Below, piece after piece: positions 19,601-29,912 of a DNA stretch of 62,187 nt. The notes below the pieces were generated by a model that worked only from the letters and a program-made list of their open reading frames with translations, did no database searches and was not told the origin of the DNA. This stretch comes from Oscillospiraceae bacterium (GTDB lineage Bacteria > Bacillota > Clostridia > Oscillospirales > CAG-272), in assembly GCA_015063545.1 (NCBI GenBank), contig SVTX01000006.1, positions 1-62,187 of the forward strand, given 5' to 3'. The position numbers were made by a program, and so were the translations under genes. Position 1 is the first letter of the stretch; each line of letters starts with the position of its first letter.

Positions 19601-19677
19601 GCGCTGTAAATATTCGCTTGAGAAGCTTGCTCGGAGCGTTGGATTTTTCTTCCCTGACTGAAGATGAGAAAAATTAA
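16675..19677 (+). CDS. 2-hydroxyacyl-CoA dehydratase activator-like protein (two ASKHA ATPase domains plus a DUF2229-like region)
   Basis: GIDIGSTT, CAGGTG, CGVF; second copy GIDCGSTT, CSSGCG, CTVF; C-terminal CYPAK, GRPYH, SFGCGID. Confidence 0.88.
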   Translation: MSNIGNMKIDTNGQTVIGIDIGSTTAKIVVVKNNELVYDCYERHFSQVRPKTLELIQRIKDIVGEDDVKVAISGSAGLGMARCADIPFVQEVFATGETVKKFQPDTSVVIELGGEDAKVIFFKGGMDERMNGTCAGGTGAFIDQMATLLDMSVNEMDEISLNATKLYPIASRCGVFAKTDIQPLLNQGAAKSNIAASIYVAVANQTISGLAQGRKIEGKVMFLGGPLYYCQGLRKAFKDALKLDDEHAIFPEYGRLSVAIGAALYASKQAISFKIEQIEGKIEKSTQEKIQTAHGEPLFENESEYEQFVLRHAKAKVESVYPKDYKDTYAYLGIDCGSTTTKLVLMGENGEILYSFYDSNRGNPVQIVKEQLMELYRVCGDNIIIRSSAVTGYGEELIQHAFHIDHGLVETMAHFTAAHHFNPRVDFILDIGGQDIKCFKVKNNAIDSIMLNEACSSGCGSFIETFAKSMGYGIEEFSKLGLFAKAPVDLGSRCTVFMNSSVKQAQKDGASVGDISAGLSTSVVKNAIYKVIRATSVDDLGKEIVVQGGTFYNDAVLRAFENELGRNVIRPSIAGLMGAYGAALYAKSMRKDSSTILTLDQLSEFTHTSKAATCRGCGNNCQLTINIFGGNERYISGNKCERGGKLNEDASEIEVIPNLHRYKRERFEEFFKNSNEGTRGTVGIPMALGMYELAPLWYTLFSELGYKVVFSGFSSRQIYTKGQYSIPSDTACYPAKIMHGHIETLIEKKVDMIFYPCLTYNINENISDNHYNCPVVAYYSELLSGNMESLRGIDFVYPYLNVNDQKELTKELYQIFRNRDGGFTKAQIKNAVEAAFCAYDKWMSDIKAEGERAIKWARENGRRIMILAGRPYHVDPEIGHGIDKLAVKLGFVVVSEDSVYHLAQAPELAVLNQWTYHARLYAAANYAAHNDDVELVQLVSFGCGIDAITTDEVRAILEKSSKLYTQIKIDEITNLGAVNIRLRSLLGALDFSSLTEDEKN

Positions 19678-19691
19678 GGATATTGGTGACA

Positions 19692-21002
19692 ATGAATAAA
19701 AAGCAAAAAAAAGATAAAATAACATGTAATGGGATAGATAGGGTACTGTTTACCGAAGAAATGAGAAAGGATTACACTATCCTGTTTCCCACCATGCTTC
19801 CAAGACATTTTAAAATAATTTCCAAAGTCTTCAACCACTATGGCTATAATACCGTTTTGCTTGAGGATGGCACTCATGGAGATGAAAAGGCGGTTATTGA
19901 TGCCGGTTTGAGAAGCGTACACAATGATGCGTGCTATCCTGCGCTTTTGGTCATAGGACAGTTTATTCATGCGCTTGAAAGCGGAAAATACGATACGCAT
20001 AAGGTAGCGCTTATGATGTCTCAAACGGGTGGCGGATGTAGAGCGTCTAATTATATTGCTCTTATCCGTAAAGCCTTGAAAAAGGCAGGATTTGAGTACG
20101 TTCCCGTTATCTCGCTTAATTTTTCCGGACTTGAAAAAAACCCCGGCTTTAAGATAACTTTGCCCATGGCGCATCGCGCCATATATGCCGTTTTGTACGG
20201 AGATCTTCTGATGACATTGGTAAATCAGACAAAGCCTTACGAGACAGTCAAGGGAAGCTCTGAGAAGCTTGCTGATGAATGGACTGACAGACTTGTGCAA
20301 GAGATGACTAACAGTAGAATTAAATATTCTGCGGTAAAGAAAAATTACGATTTGATAGTCAAAGATTTTGCTAATATAGAACGCACTTCTGAGAAGAAAG
20401 TAAAGGTTGGCATAGTCGGAGAAATATTTGTTAAGTTCTCCCCGCTTGGCAATAATAATCTTGAGGAGTTCCTCATATCTGAAAACGCAGAACCCGTAAT
20501 GGCAGGACTTATGGATTTTGTTATGTACTGTGCATATAATCCAATTAAGGATGCCGAGCTTTACGGCAAGGGCAAGAAGACTGCCTGGATATATAAGATA
20601 GTGTGCAAATTTGCTGCTAAAAAGCAGAATGATATGTTTGATGCTATAAGACGTTCAGGCATATTTAACACACCTGCATCCTTTGACAGTACAGTTCATG
20701 CAGCCAACGACTACATAAGCAACGGCGTGAAGATGGGCGAGGGATGGCTCTTGACCGCTGAAATGCTTGAGCTTATTGAGGAAGGTGTGAACAACATCGT
20801 CTGCGCTCAGCCATTCGGTTGCTTGCCTAATCATATAGTTGGAAAGGGAATGATGAAGCCTATCAAGGAAACTCATCCCAATGTAAATATAGTAGCCATC
20901 GATTACGACCCCGGTGCTACAAAAATCAATCAGGAAAACAGAATAAAGCTTATGCTTGCCAACGCAAACGAGGCATTGATGGCGGAGCTTGATAACGCAT
21001 AA
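19692..21002 (+). CDS. 2-hydroxyacyl-CoA dehydratase-related subunit, partner of the upstream activator
   Basis: NDACYPA, QTGGGCRASNY, GEGWLL, QPFGCLPNH. Start could be 19683 or 19686. Confidence 0.82.
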   Translation: MNKKQKKDKITCNGIDRVLFTEEMRKDYTILFPTMLPRHFKIISKVFNHYGYNTVLLEDGTHGDEKAVIDAGLRSVHNDACYPALLVIGQFIHALESGKYDTHKVALMMSQTGGGCRASNYIALIRKALKKAGFEYVPVISLNFSGLEKNPGFKITLPMAHRAIYAVLYGDLLMTLVNQTKPYETVKGSSEKLADEWTDRLVQEMTNSRIKYSAVKKNYDLIVKDFANIERTSEKKVKVGIVGEIFVKFSPLGNNNLEEFLISENAEPVMAGLMDFVMYCAYNPIKDAELYGKGKKTAWIYKIVCKFAAKKQNDMFDAIRRSGIFNTPASFDSTVHAANDYISNGVKMGEGWLLTAEMLELIEEGVNNIVCAQPFGCLPNHIVGKGMMKPIKETHPNVNIVAIDYDPGATKINQENRIKLMLANANEALMAELDNA

Positions 21003-21022
21003 GGCGTTTAGAAAGGGTACAA

Positions 21023-21490
21023 ATGGGAAGATTCAGAAACAGAATGTACAGATTTATGTACGGAAGATACGGAGTAGATGAGTTATATACGTTTATAAGT
21101 ATTCTTGTCGTAGTTCTTTTGATTTTGGAATGGATATTGAGCATATTCATCGGCGACAGTGCCGTGGGCGCTACGGTATTGTTTTTCATTGTTACATTAA
21201 ATCTTGTACTGCTGGTATGGTCTGTTGTGCGTTGCTTTTCAAAGAAAATAGACAAAAGAAGACGGCAGAATGCCGTATATCTTAAAGCTCGCCAAGCAGT
21301 AAAAAGATTTATTACCTGCAACACATCAAAAAAGACCAAAAAAGGACCTATGGATGGTGGCGGATATATATATCGCGATTGCACGAAATGCTCTAATACC
21401 TTGAGACTTCCTTATAAGTCGGGCAAAAACGCCGTAAGATGTCCAAAATGCTCGCATAGATTTTTTGTAAAAGCTAAAAAAATAAAGTGA
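21023..21490 (+). CDS. Membrane protein with a C-terminal zinc ribbon
   Basis: MYGRYG.D.L start, two TM helices, CTKC...CPKC. Confidence 0.75.
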   Translation: MGRFRNRMYRFMYGRYGVDELYTFISILVVVLLILEWILSIFIGDSAVGATVLFFIVTLNLVLLVWSVVRCFSKKIDKRRRQNAVYLKARQAVKRFITCNTSKKTKKGPMDGGGYIYRDCTKCSNTLRLPYKSGKNAVRCPKCSHRFFVKAKKIK

Positions 21491-21492
21491 TA

Positions 21493-21525
21493 AAAATGCT
21501 ACCCTGTTTTTTGGGGTAGCATTTT
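21493..21525 (+). terminator. Probable intrinsic terminator
   Basis: aaaatgctaccc...gggtagcatttt. Confidence 0.6.
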
Positions 21526-21539
21526 GGAGTAATGACACT

Positions 21540-22436
21540 ATGATAAAAAGTAAAAAGATAAAACTTATTATCATTATTTCGGCAGTAGTTATTATACTTG
21601 CTTTGTGCGCAACGGGAATTTATATTTTTCGTGATATACTGTTTGAGAAGGATGCCGTTGAGCAGGCTATTGAAAACGGAGATATAACCATACATTTTAT
21701 AGACGTCGGACAGGCTGATTGTGTTCTGATTATGACACCACAAGGTAACATGCTTGTGGATTCGGGCACGAGCAGCTCGGAGGGGAAGCTTGAAAATTAT
21801 CTCACCGATCTTGATATAACATCGTTTGAGTATTTGGTTATTACACATCCGCACGATGACCATATCGGTGGTGCGGATATGATAATCAGGAATTTTGATG
21901 TCAGAAATATAATGATGTCCGATATGGGTAACGAAGAAGAACTTGCAAATGAAATCGTTTCGTTGGCGAGTCAATATGAAATCAACGTGATATATCCCGA
22001 CTCAGGGTATAATTTTTCACTTGGAGAATGCCAAAACACCGTGATCGCCCCTAATTCGGAATATGATGAGTACGATGAGGTCAACAGCACAAGTATCGTT
22101 CTCAAATGTCAGATAGATAAACGTTCTGTGATTCTGACGGGTGATGCCGAGGCAGATTCCGAAGCGGAGATGATAGCTAAGTATGGAAATTTTCTTGACT
22201 GTGACATATTAAAGCTTGGACATCACGGCTCAAAAACTTCAAGTTCATATAGATTTCTTGAAATAACCTCACCCGAATATGCGATAGCCTGTTGCGGAGA
22301 GGATAACACGTACGGACATCCGGCCGCAGAGGTCAAGTACCGACTTAACATGTTTGGCATCACTCTACTGTCCACCGATAAAGAGGGAAGCATTGTGTTC
22401 TCCTGTGACGGTGATACATTCGAATATATTGGATAA
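21540..22436 (+). CDS. ComEC/Rec2-like metallo-beta-lactamase-fold hydrolase, membrane-anchored
   Basis: FIDVGQAD, THPHDDHIGG, LTGDAE, GHHGS, YGHP. Confidence 0.88.
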   Translation: MIKSKKIKLIIIISAVVIILALCATGIYIFRDILFEKDAVEQAIENGDITIHFIDVGQADCVLIMTPQGNMLVDSGTSSSEGKLENYLTDLDITSFEYLVITHPHDDHIGGADMIIRNFDVRNIMMSDMGNEEELANEIVSLASQYEINVIYPDSGYNFSLGECQNTVIAPNSEYDEYDEVNSTSIVLKCQIDKRSVILTGDAEADSEAEMIAKYGNFLDCDILKLGHHGSKTSSSYRFLEITSPEYAIACCGEDNTYGHPAAEVKYRLNMFGITLLSTDKEGSIVFSCDGDTFEYIG

Positions 22437-22499
22437 AAAACGACAACCCAAGACTGCGCTAAAGCAGCGGGGTTGCCGTTTTGTGTTTTATTTATTCCA

Positions 22500-23810
22500 T
22501 TATTCTGCCGTCGGTGCCTCAAGCTGAGGAACTTTGAGGACAAGTCTGGGATATTCACTGTCTCGAACACAAGCTTCGGTTATTATAACTTCTTCTATAT
22601 CGTCTCTTGAGGGGATGTCGTACATTATCTGAGTCATGAATGATTCCATAATTGAACGCAGTCCTCGCGCGCCTGTGTGACGTTCTGTAGCCAACGAAGC
22701 TATTGCTTTGAGCGCATCGTCTTCAAACGAGAGCTTAACCCCATCAATATTAAAGAGTTTCATATATTGCTTAATAATTGCATTTTTTGGTTCTGTAAGA
22801 ATCTTTACAAGAGCATCATTATCAAGCTCGGAGAGGGAAACTATTACGGGGAGTCTGCCCACAAGTTCGGGAATAAGACCAAACTTGACTATATCGTGTG
22901 CTGTGACGTCCTTGTATATTTCCGTGCTGTCTTTTGACGTGACGGGGCTTCCAAAGCCAATAGTGTTTCCGCCCTTGCGCTTACCGATAACCTTGTCAAT
23001 ACCGTCAAATGCACCGCCGCAAATAAAGAGGATGTTTTCAGTATTTATCTTAATGAATTCCTGCGTGGGATGCTTACGGCCGCCCTGAGGAGGAACGTTT
23101 GCCTCTGTGCCCTCCAAGATCTTGAGGAGAGCCTGCTGAACACCTTCGCCCGATACGTCACGGGTTATAGAGCGATTTTCGCTCTTTCGTGATATTTTAT
23201 CTATTTCATCAATATAAATAATGCCTTTTTCTGCAAGCTCAATATCGTAGTCTGCCGCTTGAATGAGACGAAGGAGAATGTTTTCAACGTCCTCGCCTAC
23301 GTATCCAGCCTCTGTCAATGTTGTTGCGTCGGCAATGGCGAAGGGAACCTTGAGCGTTTTTGCAAGTGTCTGGGCCAGATAAGTTTTTCCAACACCGGTA
23401 GGGCCAAGAAGAAGAACGTTACTTTTTTGTATCTCAACGTCGTGTTCTTCGGGTTGAGCTTTCCTTCTTCTTCTCTGAGAGGGCTTTTGCGCCTGATTTA
23501 GAATTCTCTTGTAGTGATTATATACAGCAACGGAAAGAGCTACCTTTGCACTATCCTGTCCTACCACGTATTCGTCAAGAGCCTCCTTGATCTGTGCAGG
23601 CTTGGGCAGACTTTCAAATGAAAGATCATTTTCGTGATATACGACAGAGCTTTCATATATCATGTCTGCACACTGCTCGACGCAAAAGTCGCAAATATAA
23701 ACTCCCGACGGTGAAGGAATGAGAAAATTCACTTGATTTTCATTTTGTCCGCAGAATGAACAGTATCTCAAATTGGATGTATGCGGAGTGTGGTTATTTT
23801 CGGATGCCAT
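22500..23810 (-). CDS. clpX: ATP-dependent Clp protease ATPase ClpX
   Basis: CSFC/CDFC zinc domain, [29 protein letters not shown] loop. Start at the ATG after GAAAGGTG. Confidence 0.96.
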   Translation of the reverse strand: MASENNHTPHTSNLRYCSFCGQNENQVNFLIPSPSGVYICDFCVEQCADMIYESSVVYHENDLSFESLPKPAQIKEALDEYVVGQDSAKVALSVAVYNHYKRILNQAQKPSQRRRRKAQPEEHDVEIQKSNVLLLGPTGVGKTYLAQTLAKTLKVPFAIADATTLTEAGYVGEDVENILLRLIQAADYDIELAEKGIIYIDEIDKISRKSENRSITRDVSGEGVQQALLKILEGTEANVPPQGGRKHPTQEFIKINTENILFICGGAFDGIDKVIGKRKGGNTIGFGSPVTSKDSTEIYKDVTAHDIVKFGLIPELVGRLPVIVSLSELDNDALVKILTEPKNAIIKQYMKLFNIDGVKLSFEDDALKAIASLATERHTGARGLRSIMESFMTQIMYDIPSRDDIEEVIITEACVRDSEYPRLVLKVPQLEAPTAE

Positions 23811-23827
23811 GTCTTCACCTTTCAAAA

Positions 23828-24433
23828 TTATTCGTGCTTGTCGAGTATGCGGTCAATAATACCGTATTCAAGAGCCTCCTGCGCGGTCATGAAATAGTCT
23901 CTGTCGGTATCCTTTTCAATCTGCTTTACAGTTTTGCCTGTGTTCTCGGAAAGAATCTTGTTGAGCATATCACGTGTGCGAAGTATGAGTTCCGCACGTA
24001 TCTTTATATCAGATGCTTGACCTTGCGCACCGCCGAGGGGCTGATGTATCATTATCTCACTGTGGGGAAGCGCGATTCTCTTGCCCTTGGTTCCTGCCGA
24101 GAGGAGAAAGGCACCCATGCTTGCCGCCATTCCTATACAGATGGTGGATACATCACATTTGATATACTTCATTGTGTCGTAAATTGCCATGCCGGCAGTA
24201 ACCGATCCACCGGGGCTGTTGATATAAAAACAAATATCCTTTGTGGGATCCTGTGCTTCCAAAAAGAGCATCTGTGCAACCACAAGGGATGCGGTCGCAT
24301 CGTTTACCTCATCAGACAAAAATATTATTCTGTCATTGAGCAAGCGTGAAAAAATATCGTAGGATCTTTCGCCGCGGCCCGTTTGCTCCACTACCATAGG
24401 AACAAGAGCGCTTTTCATATTATAAAAATCCAT
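23828..24433 (-). CDS. clpP: ClpP proteolytic subunit
   Basis: [24 protein letters not shown]. Confidence 0.96.
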   Translation of the reverse strand: MDFYNMKSALVPMVVEQTGRGERSYDIFSRLLNDRIIFLSDEVNDATASLVVAQMLFLEAQDPTKDICFYINSPGGSVTAGMAIYDTMKYIKCDVSTICIGMAASMGAFLLSAGTKGKRIALPHSEIMIHQPLGGAQGQASDIKIRAELILRTRDMLNKILSENTGKTVKQIEKDTDRDYFMTAQEALEYGIIDRILDKHE

Positions 24434-24532
24434 TTAAATTCAGCCTTTCGTAATTTATTGTTTGTGTAACAGTGCCGTACTTTACACAGAGAGTCATCGT
24501 CGGTGTGTCAAAGTACGGCACGAATGTAACTA

Positions 24533-25813
24533 TTATGCCTTGATTACAGCATTCTCCTTAACGAGAGCCATGGCCTTTCTCACAGCCACGTCAGCCTTTA
24601 CCATATCAGCTTCAACAAATTCCTTGAGCTTTTCAACTTCCATATTATAATTGGAAGCCAAGAGAGCAAACTCTGCATCAAGTTCTTCATCTGTAACTTC
24701 AATAGCCTCTGCTGCTGCAACAGCCTCAAGCGCAAGTCTTGCTTTTACTTGCTTTTCAGCCTGGGGACGGAGCTGCTCACGGAGCTGTTCAAGTGTAAGT
24801 CCAGTGTACTTGAAGTACATCTGGAGGTCAAGACCGCTCTGACGGAGTCTGTTGTCGTAGTCGCGAACAAAGTTTTCTGTTTCGGCAACGAACATAGCCT
24901 CGGGAATTTCCGCCTCAAGCTTTTCCATAAGAACATTAAGGAGAGCCTCCTCCATGTTTGCTTCAGCTGCGCTGTCGTGTCTCTTCTGGATTTTAGCCTT
25001 CATATCCTCACGGTATTCAGCAAATGTATCGAATTCGGAAACGTCTTTTGCAAAGTCATCGTCAAGCTCGGGAAGCTCGATCTTTTCAATAGAGTTGATC
25101 GTAACCTTGAATACAGCGGGCTTACCTGCGAGGTTTTCTGCATGATAGTCCTCGGGGAAGGTAACGTTTACGTCAAATTCCTCACCGATAACATGGCCTG
25201 CAACCTGCTCCTCAAATCCGGGAATGAAGGAACCGGAGCCGAGCTTGAGGGAATAATCCTCACCCTTACCGCCTTCAAATGCAACGCCGTCAACAAAGCC
25301 TTCAAAGTTGATCTTTGTGATGTTGCCCATCTCAGCCGCAGCATCTGTAACTTCGATCTCGCGAGAGTTTCTTTCTCTTACGATGTTGATTTCCTTGTCG
25401 ATCTCTTCGTCAGTTACTTCAACAACATCCTTTTCTACCTCGATACCCTTGTAGCCATCAATTTTACATTCGGGCTTAACGGGAACGATAGCGGAGAGAA
25501 CAAGACCGTTCTCATCGATAGAAACGACGTCGATCTCGGGCTGACCTACGGGCTCAAGACCTGCTTCTTTTACAGCGGCCTCATAGTTTTCGGGGATGAG
25601 GTCGTTTATAGCATCCTCATAGAATACGCCCGAGCCGTACATTTTCTCGATCATAGCGCGGGGAGCCTTACCGGGTCTGAAGCCGGGAACGCTGATTTTC
25701 TTTACCTGCTTGCGGTAAACCTTTTCAACTGCTGCATCAAATACAGACTTTTCAACAGAGAACTCTATTTTTACCGTGCTCTTTTCTGCCTTTTCAGATT
25801 TCAATAAATTCAT
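24533..25813 (-). CDS. tig: Trigger factor
   Basis: PGFRPGKAP signature and FKBP domain (FIPGFEEQ); tig-clpP-clpX order. Confidence 0.96.
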   Translation of the reverse strand: MNLLKSEKAEKSTVKIEFSVEKSVFDAAVEKVYRKQVKKISVPGFRPGKAPRAMIEKMYGSGVFYEDAINDLIPENYEAAVKEAGLEPVGQPEIDVVSIDENGLVLSAIVPVKPECKIDGYKGIEVEKDVVEVTDEEIDKEINIVRERNSREIEVTDAAAEMGNITKINFEGFVDGVAFEGGKGEDYSLKLGSGSFIPGFEEQVAGHVIGEEFDVNVTFPEDYHAENLAGKPAVFKVTINSIEKIELPELDDDFAKDVSEFDTFAEYREDMKAKIQKRHDSAAEANMEEALLNVLMEKLEAEIPEAMFVAETENFVRDYDNRLRQSGLDLQMYFKYTGLTLEQLREQLRPQAEKQVKARLALEAVAAAEAIEVTDEELDAEFALLASNYNMEVEKLKEFVEADMVKADVAVRKAMALVKENAVIKA

Positions 25814-25944
25814 TTTGAAATTCCTCCAAATTTTTTATCTAATATATTTTTTTCAAAGTTGCGGCAAATTCTGCCGAAAATAGTGTGCTTCAAAAAAGCA
25901 TACAATATATTGTATATTTTTTTGTGCGTTTTGTCAATAGTTTT

Positions 25945-26682
25945 TTAAATTTTTAAGGGATAAAAACTTAAAAAATCCGACGATGTTATAGTGAATTTGA
26001 TGTCTTCAAATTCAAATGACAGGGGAGTAGCGTAAGAATTATGGATATGACCGTAATAACAATTTTTTATCTCAAATTCATGAAGAATGTCTACTATTTC
26101 GCGCATAACGAAATCATTCCAGATTGGTGGGAAATGCAGAAAAACAAGAATGGGCAGTTTTTCGCCGTTTTCCTTTTCGTAATTGTTCTGCAAAGCCACG
26201 GCGGCATCCAAGCTCATGCGCAATCTTATACATTCTCGATTAATAATTTTTGCGTAATCGGCATTATTTACAGGTGTTTGCTTGGATTCATCGGGAAACC
26301 AACCTCGCGTTCCACAAACTATCCTATCCTCTACAATATATGCGTTATTATAAAGAATGGACAGAGAATTGAGAGAGTGTTTTCCAAAGAAATCAGTCAT
26401 TTTTTTGGTGGTGGTCCACCAAAAATCATGGTTGCCTTTTCCAAGCAGTTTTTTGCCGTTTAGCGCGTCGATATATTGGAAATCCGCGAGCGCGCCTTCA
26501 AGTGACATAGCCCACGAAATGTCCCCCGGAACAATGACGGTGTCATTGTCTGAAACGACCAAATTCCAGTTTTTTGAGATTTTTTGCATATAGTCATTCC
26601 ATCTGGAGCCAAATACCTCCATAGACTTATTGGTTTTTTCGTCTGTGGAAAGATGAAGATCGGACAGAACAAAAATAGACAT
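25945..26682 (-). CDS. Calcineurin-like metallophosphoesterase
   Basis: SDLH, PGDISW, GNHD, LHFPP, YGHIH. Confidence 0.88.
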   Translation of the reverse strand: MSIFVLSDLHLSTDEKTNKSMEVFGSRWNDYMQKISKNWNLVVSDNDTVIVPGDISWAMSLEGALADFQYIDALNGKKLLGKGNHDFWWTTTKKMTDFFGKHSLNSLSILYNNAYIVEDRIVCGTRGWFPDESKQTPVNNADYAKIINRECIRLRMSLDAAVALQNNYEKENGEKLPILVFLHFPPIWNDFVMREIVDILHEFEIKNCYYGHIHNSYATPLSFEFEDIKFTITSSDFLSFYPLKI

Positions 26683-26792
26683 ACGATACCTCATAAATGA
26701 ATAATAAGAGCTTTTGCTGACAATAATATAGACATCGGTACGAATGCTCGTGCCGCGAATATTTCCATATTATGAAAGGCTGGGAAAAAGAA

Positions 26793-26981
26793 ATGAATCA
26801 GGAAAAGAACGGATGTAAGCATATCAAGGGAATTAACTGTTCCGTAAAGAGCTGCTATTACCACGACGGTGAGACTTACTGCACAGCAGAGCAGATCGCA
26901 GTAGCCCCCGAAAACGCAAAGTCGTCCTCTGAGACAGCTTGTGCAACATTTAAGCCTCACGGCTGTGACACCTGTCACTAA
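26793..26981 (+). CDS. DUF1540-like small Cys-rich protein
   Basis: C.V.SC.YH....CTA..I.V...ET.C.TF pattern. Confidence 0.75.
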   Translation: MNQEKNGCKHIKGINCSVKSCYYHDGETYCTAEQIAVAPENAKSSSETACATFKPHGCDTCH

Positions 26982-27017
26982 TTCGATTCCTATGTCGCAC
27001 GCATGGCGTGCGACATT

Positions 27018-28502
27018 TTATTTTTCAATAAACGCAAATACTTCAGAGAGCATATTTTCATGCTCAATAGTAGTAGTAAATCTGACGCGTCTTTCTGCAA
27101 GATTGCGCAAGGGATATGATATTTCAGTACCTGATACTTCGGAGAGAATATCCAATGCCTTAAGTGCATCAGTGGGGTTTGTTCCGGTTATGGACTTCAA
27201 TACGTCTGCCGCGAACTTGTAAGGGCTTGCTGTTGAAGCCACTACCATAGGTGTTTTGTCGCCTGTTTCGTTGATATACTGCTCAGCACAGTTGAGTGCT
27301 ACTGCTGTGTGAGTGTCTGAAAGATAGCTGTGATTCTTGAAATAATCCTTAATGGTCGCGCCTGTTTTTTCCTCATCTGCAAAATATCCTTTGAAGTTCT
27401 CGGATATCGTGTTCAAAACTTCACTTTCAACAGTGTATGCGCCTGTCGTGTTCAAAAGGCTCATATATTCTGCGGTCTTTTCTGCACCCGCGGAGAAGTA
27501 GAGAAGTCTTTCAAGATTAGAGGATATAAGAATATCCATGGAAGGAGACATTGTACAATGGAAATCACGGTTTCTGTTGTACGTTCCTGTACAGAGGAAG
27601 TCTGTAAGCACATTGTTCTGGTTGGACGCGCAGATGAATTTGTCGATGGGCAGTCCCATAAGCTTAGCGAGATATGCGGCAAAGATGTTACCAAAGTTAC
27701 CTGTGGGAACACATACGTTGATCTTGTCGCCCATTTTTATCTTGCCGGATGTGAGAAGGTCGCAATAAGCGGATACGTAGTAAACTATCTGCGGTGCAAG
27801 TCTGCCCCAGTTTATGGAGTTTGCACTGGAGAAGAAATATCCCTTTTCGTCAAGCTTTTCAGCCGCATCCTTATCAGAGAATATAACCTTTACACCCGTC
27901 TGCGCATCGTCAAAGTTACCCTTAATAGCGCATATATTAACATTGTCTCCTGTCTGTGTAGCCATCTGAAGCTTCTGAACGCGGCTGACACCGTCAACAG
28001 GGTAGAATACCATTATCTTTATCTTATCAATATCCTTATAGCCTTCAAGAGCAGCTTTTCCTGTATCACCCGAAGTAGCGACAAGAATAAGCGCGGTTCT
28101 GTCCTCTCCGGTCTTTGTAAGCGCGCGAGAGAGAAGTCTGGGCATGATCTGGAGCGCCATATCCTTGAATGCGGCGGTAGGGCCGTGCCAAAGCTCAAGG
28201 GAATAAATATTATCATATACGTTCTTCAAGGGAGCAGCGCCGCCGGGGAAAGAATCTTCACAGTATGCGGCTTTGCAGTCACAAAGAAGCTCGTCATAAG
28301 TATAGTCTGTAAGGAATTTTGAGAGAATTGTCGCAGCTCTTTCGGGATAAGAAAGAGAGCAGAGTGCGCTTATCTCGTCATGTGTAAGGGAAGGAATTGA
28401 TTCGGGAACGAAAAGTCCTCCGTCAGATGCAAGTCCTTGTTTGATGATCTGTGCCGCGGACAAAATCTCGCCCGAGGTGCCTCTTGTACTTTTGTAGTTC
28501 AT
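27018..28502 (-). CDS. thrC: Threonine synthase
   Basis: YKSTRG, HGPTAAFKD, ATSGDTG, NSINWGR, PTGNFG, TASPYKF. Confidence 0.95.
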   Translation of the reverse strand: MNYKSTRGTSGEILSAAQIIKQGLASDGGLFVPESIPSLTHDEISALCSLSYPERAATILSKFLTDYTYDELLCDCKAAYCEDSFPGGAAPLKNVYDNIYSLELWHGPTAAFKDMALQIMPRLLSRALTKTGEDRTALILVATSGDTGKAALEGYKDIDKIKIMVFYPVDGVSRVQKLQMATQTGDNVNICAIKGNFDDAQTGVKVIFSDKDAAEKLDEKGYFFSSANSINWGRLAPQIVYYVSAYCDLLTSGKIKMGDKINVCVPTGNFGNIFAAYLAKLMGLPIDKFICASNQNNVLTDFLCTGTYNRNRDFHCTMSPSMDILISSNLERLLYFSAGAEKTAEYMSLLNTTGAYTVESEVLNTISENFKGYFADEEKTGATIKDYFKNHSYLSDTHTAVALNCAEQYINETGDKTPMVVASTASPYKFAADVLKSITGTNPTDALKALDILSEVSGTEISYPLRNLAERRVRFTTTIEHENMLSEVFAFIEK

Positions 28503-28526
28503 AGCGTTAGGTTCCTTTATGTTGTT

Positions 28527-29459
28527 TTAAAAATTGTTTTTTATAAAAGTGTAGCAGTTTTGCCACATTATTTTCTCAATAAGTTTATCAGAATAACCTC
28601 TTGACACCAATGCATCCGCGATTTTATACAGATCGCCGGAGTGATTTATGCCGCAAGGGAGGTCGGTGCCGTCGAGATCACAACCGAGGCACAGTACGTT
28701 TTGCGCACCGAATTCAAGATATCTTTGAATATGGTCGCACACGTGTGATATTTTGGCATCGCTCTCGCACAGATGTGCCCTACATAAGTTGATGCCGACC
28801 AATCCCCCAAGCGCTATTATGTTGTCAAGGTGACGGCGTCTTAAATTTCTGGAATGTGAATATTGCTCGTAGCAGTTGGAGTGAGAAGCGATTACGGGCC
28901 TTTGATATTGAAGTGCAATTCTTATGATATCGTCAGCAGACTGTTCGCTTGCATGAGATATATCCGGAACGATTCCTACCTCAAAACAACGTCTTACGAC
29001 ATTTTCTCCAAATGCGGAAAGTCCGTTTTGAGTGTCGTGCGCGCCGCCGATGATACTGTCACCGCCCCATAAAAGAGTAAGGTATTTTACACCGCGGTCT
29101 TTCAGAAGGTTCAGTCTGTCAAGCTCACCGCAGAGAATTCTTGCGTCCTCGACCGCCAAAAACGCAACAGCCTTACGGATGTTAAACGCATTTTGAAATT
29201 CTTCAAAATTATCAGCTTGACATATGGATCCTTCATTTATTCTTATTTGAGAGACGAGATTATCACTGATCGCAAGAAAATCTTCAAAGCATTCCTCGTC
29301 GCTTTTTTCTTTGTTTGCCCATATTGCGAAAAATTGTGCGTATGCGTTATACTTGCTGATTTTTTCAAGATCAATATGACAGTTGTTGCGATGTAAGGGC
29401 ATTTTGCGTTTGTATATTTCAAATGCCGTATCGCAGTGCATATCTATTACGGAATACAT
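28527..29459 (-). CDS. Membrane dipeptidase (M19) family protein
   Basis: DMHCDT, DISH, ASHSN..., G.D.DG. Confidence 0.85.
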   Translation of the reverse strand: MYSVIDMHCDTAFEIYKRKMPLHRNNCHIDLEKISKYNAYAQFFAIWANKEKSDEECFEDFLAISDNLVSQIRINEGSICQADNFEEFQNAFNIRKAVAFLAVEDARILCGELDRLNLLKDRGVKYLTLLWGGDSIIGGAHDTQNGLSAFGENVVRRCFEVGIVPDISHASEQSADDIIRIALQYQRPVIASHSNCYEQYSHSRNLRRRHLDNIIALGGLVGINLCRAHLCESDAKISHVCDHIQRYLEFGAQNVLCLGCDLDGTDLPCGINHSGDLYKIADALVSRGYSDKLIEKIMWQNCYTFIKNNF

Positions 29460-29474
29460 TTTAATCCTGCCTTA

Positions 29475-29912
29475 TCAATGCTTTTTGCCTCGGGCATCAA
29501 AAGCGTTTCGTATGTGGTTTATATTGAGTATCTGTGGGGGAGTTGCCCGATTGTCGCCGATATGTTGCAAAAACACCTCTATAACGTCTATCCTCGGCTG
29601 CTTGTCCGTACCGTTTTTATGGATGTAGTCATATACTGCACGAATCGTGTCCGAGCGTTTTTTATATGTAACTGCCCGTCCGGGATTTCCGTATGCGCCG
29701 GATTCAGGGTGAGAGCATGAACGCGTTTTTACCTCAACAAATACGAGAAAGTATTTATCTTCTGCAACAATATCAAGCTCGTGCTTGCCGAACTTCAGAT
29801 TTCTGCCTACAATTTTGTAGCCTTCTTTTTCAAGAAAATTTGCGGCAACATCCTCGCCGAATCTTCCAAGGAATAGATTTTTTGCCTCGTCATTTATAAA
29901 CGTTGTGCTCAT
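29475..29912 (-). CDS. yraN: YraN-family endonuclease-like protein
   Basis: G..GE..A..FL, ELDIV, FVEVKTR; follows rnhB. Confidence 0.88.
   Translation of the reverse strand: MSTTFINDEAKNLFLGRFGEDVAANFLEKEGYKIVGRNLKFGKHELDIVAEDKYFLVFVEVKTRSCSHPESGAYGNPGRAVTYKKRSDTIRAVYDYIHKNGTDKQPRIDVIEVFLQHIGDNRATPPQILNINHIRNAFDARGKKH

Noticed and set aside
24749-25807. Long antisense ORF over tig (likewise 27330..28322, 51050..52141, 7780..8679, 9818..10654)
   Set aside because: They lie opposite well-conserved genes with biased codon use and show no protein motifs.
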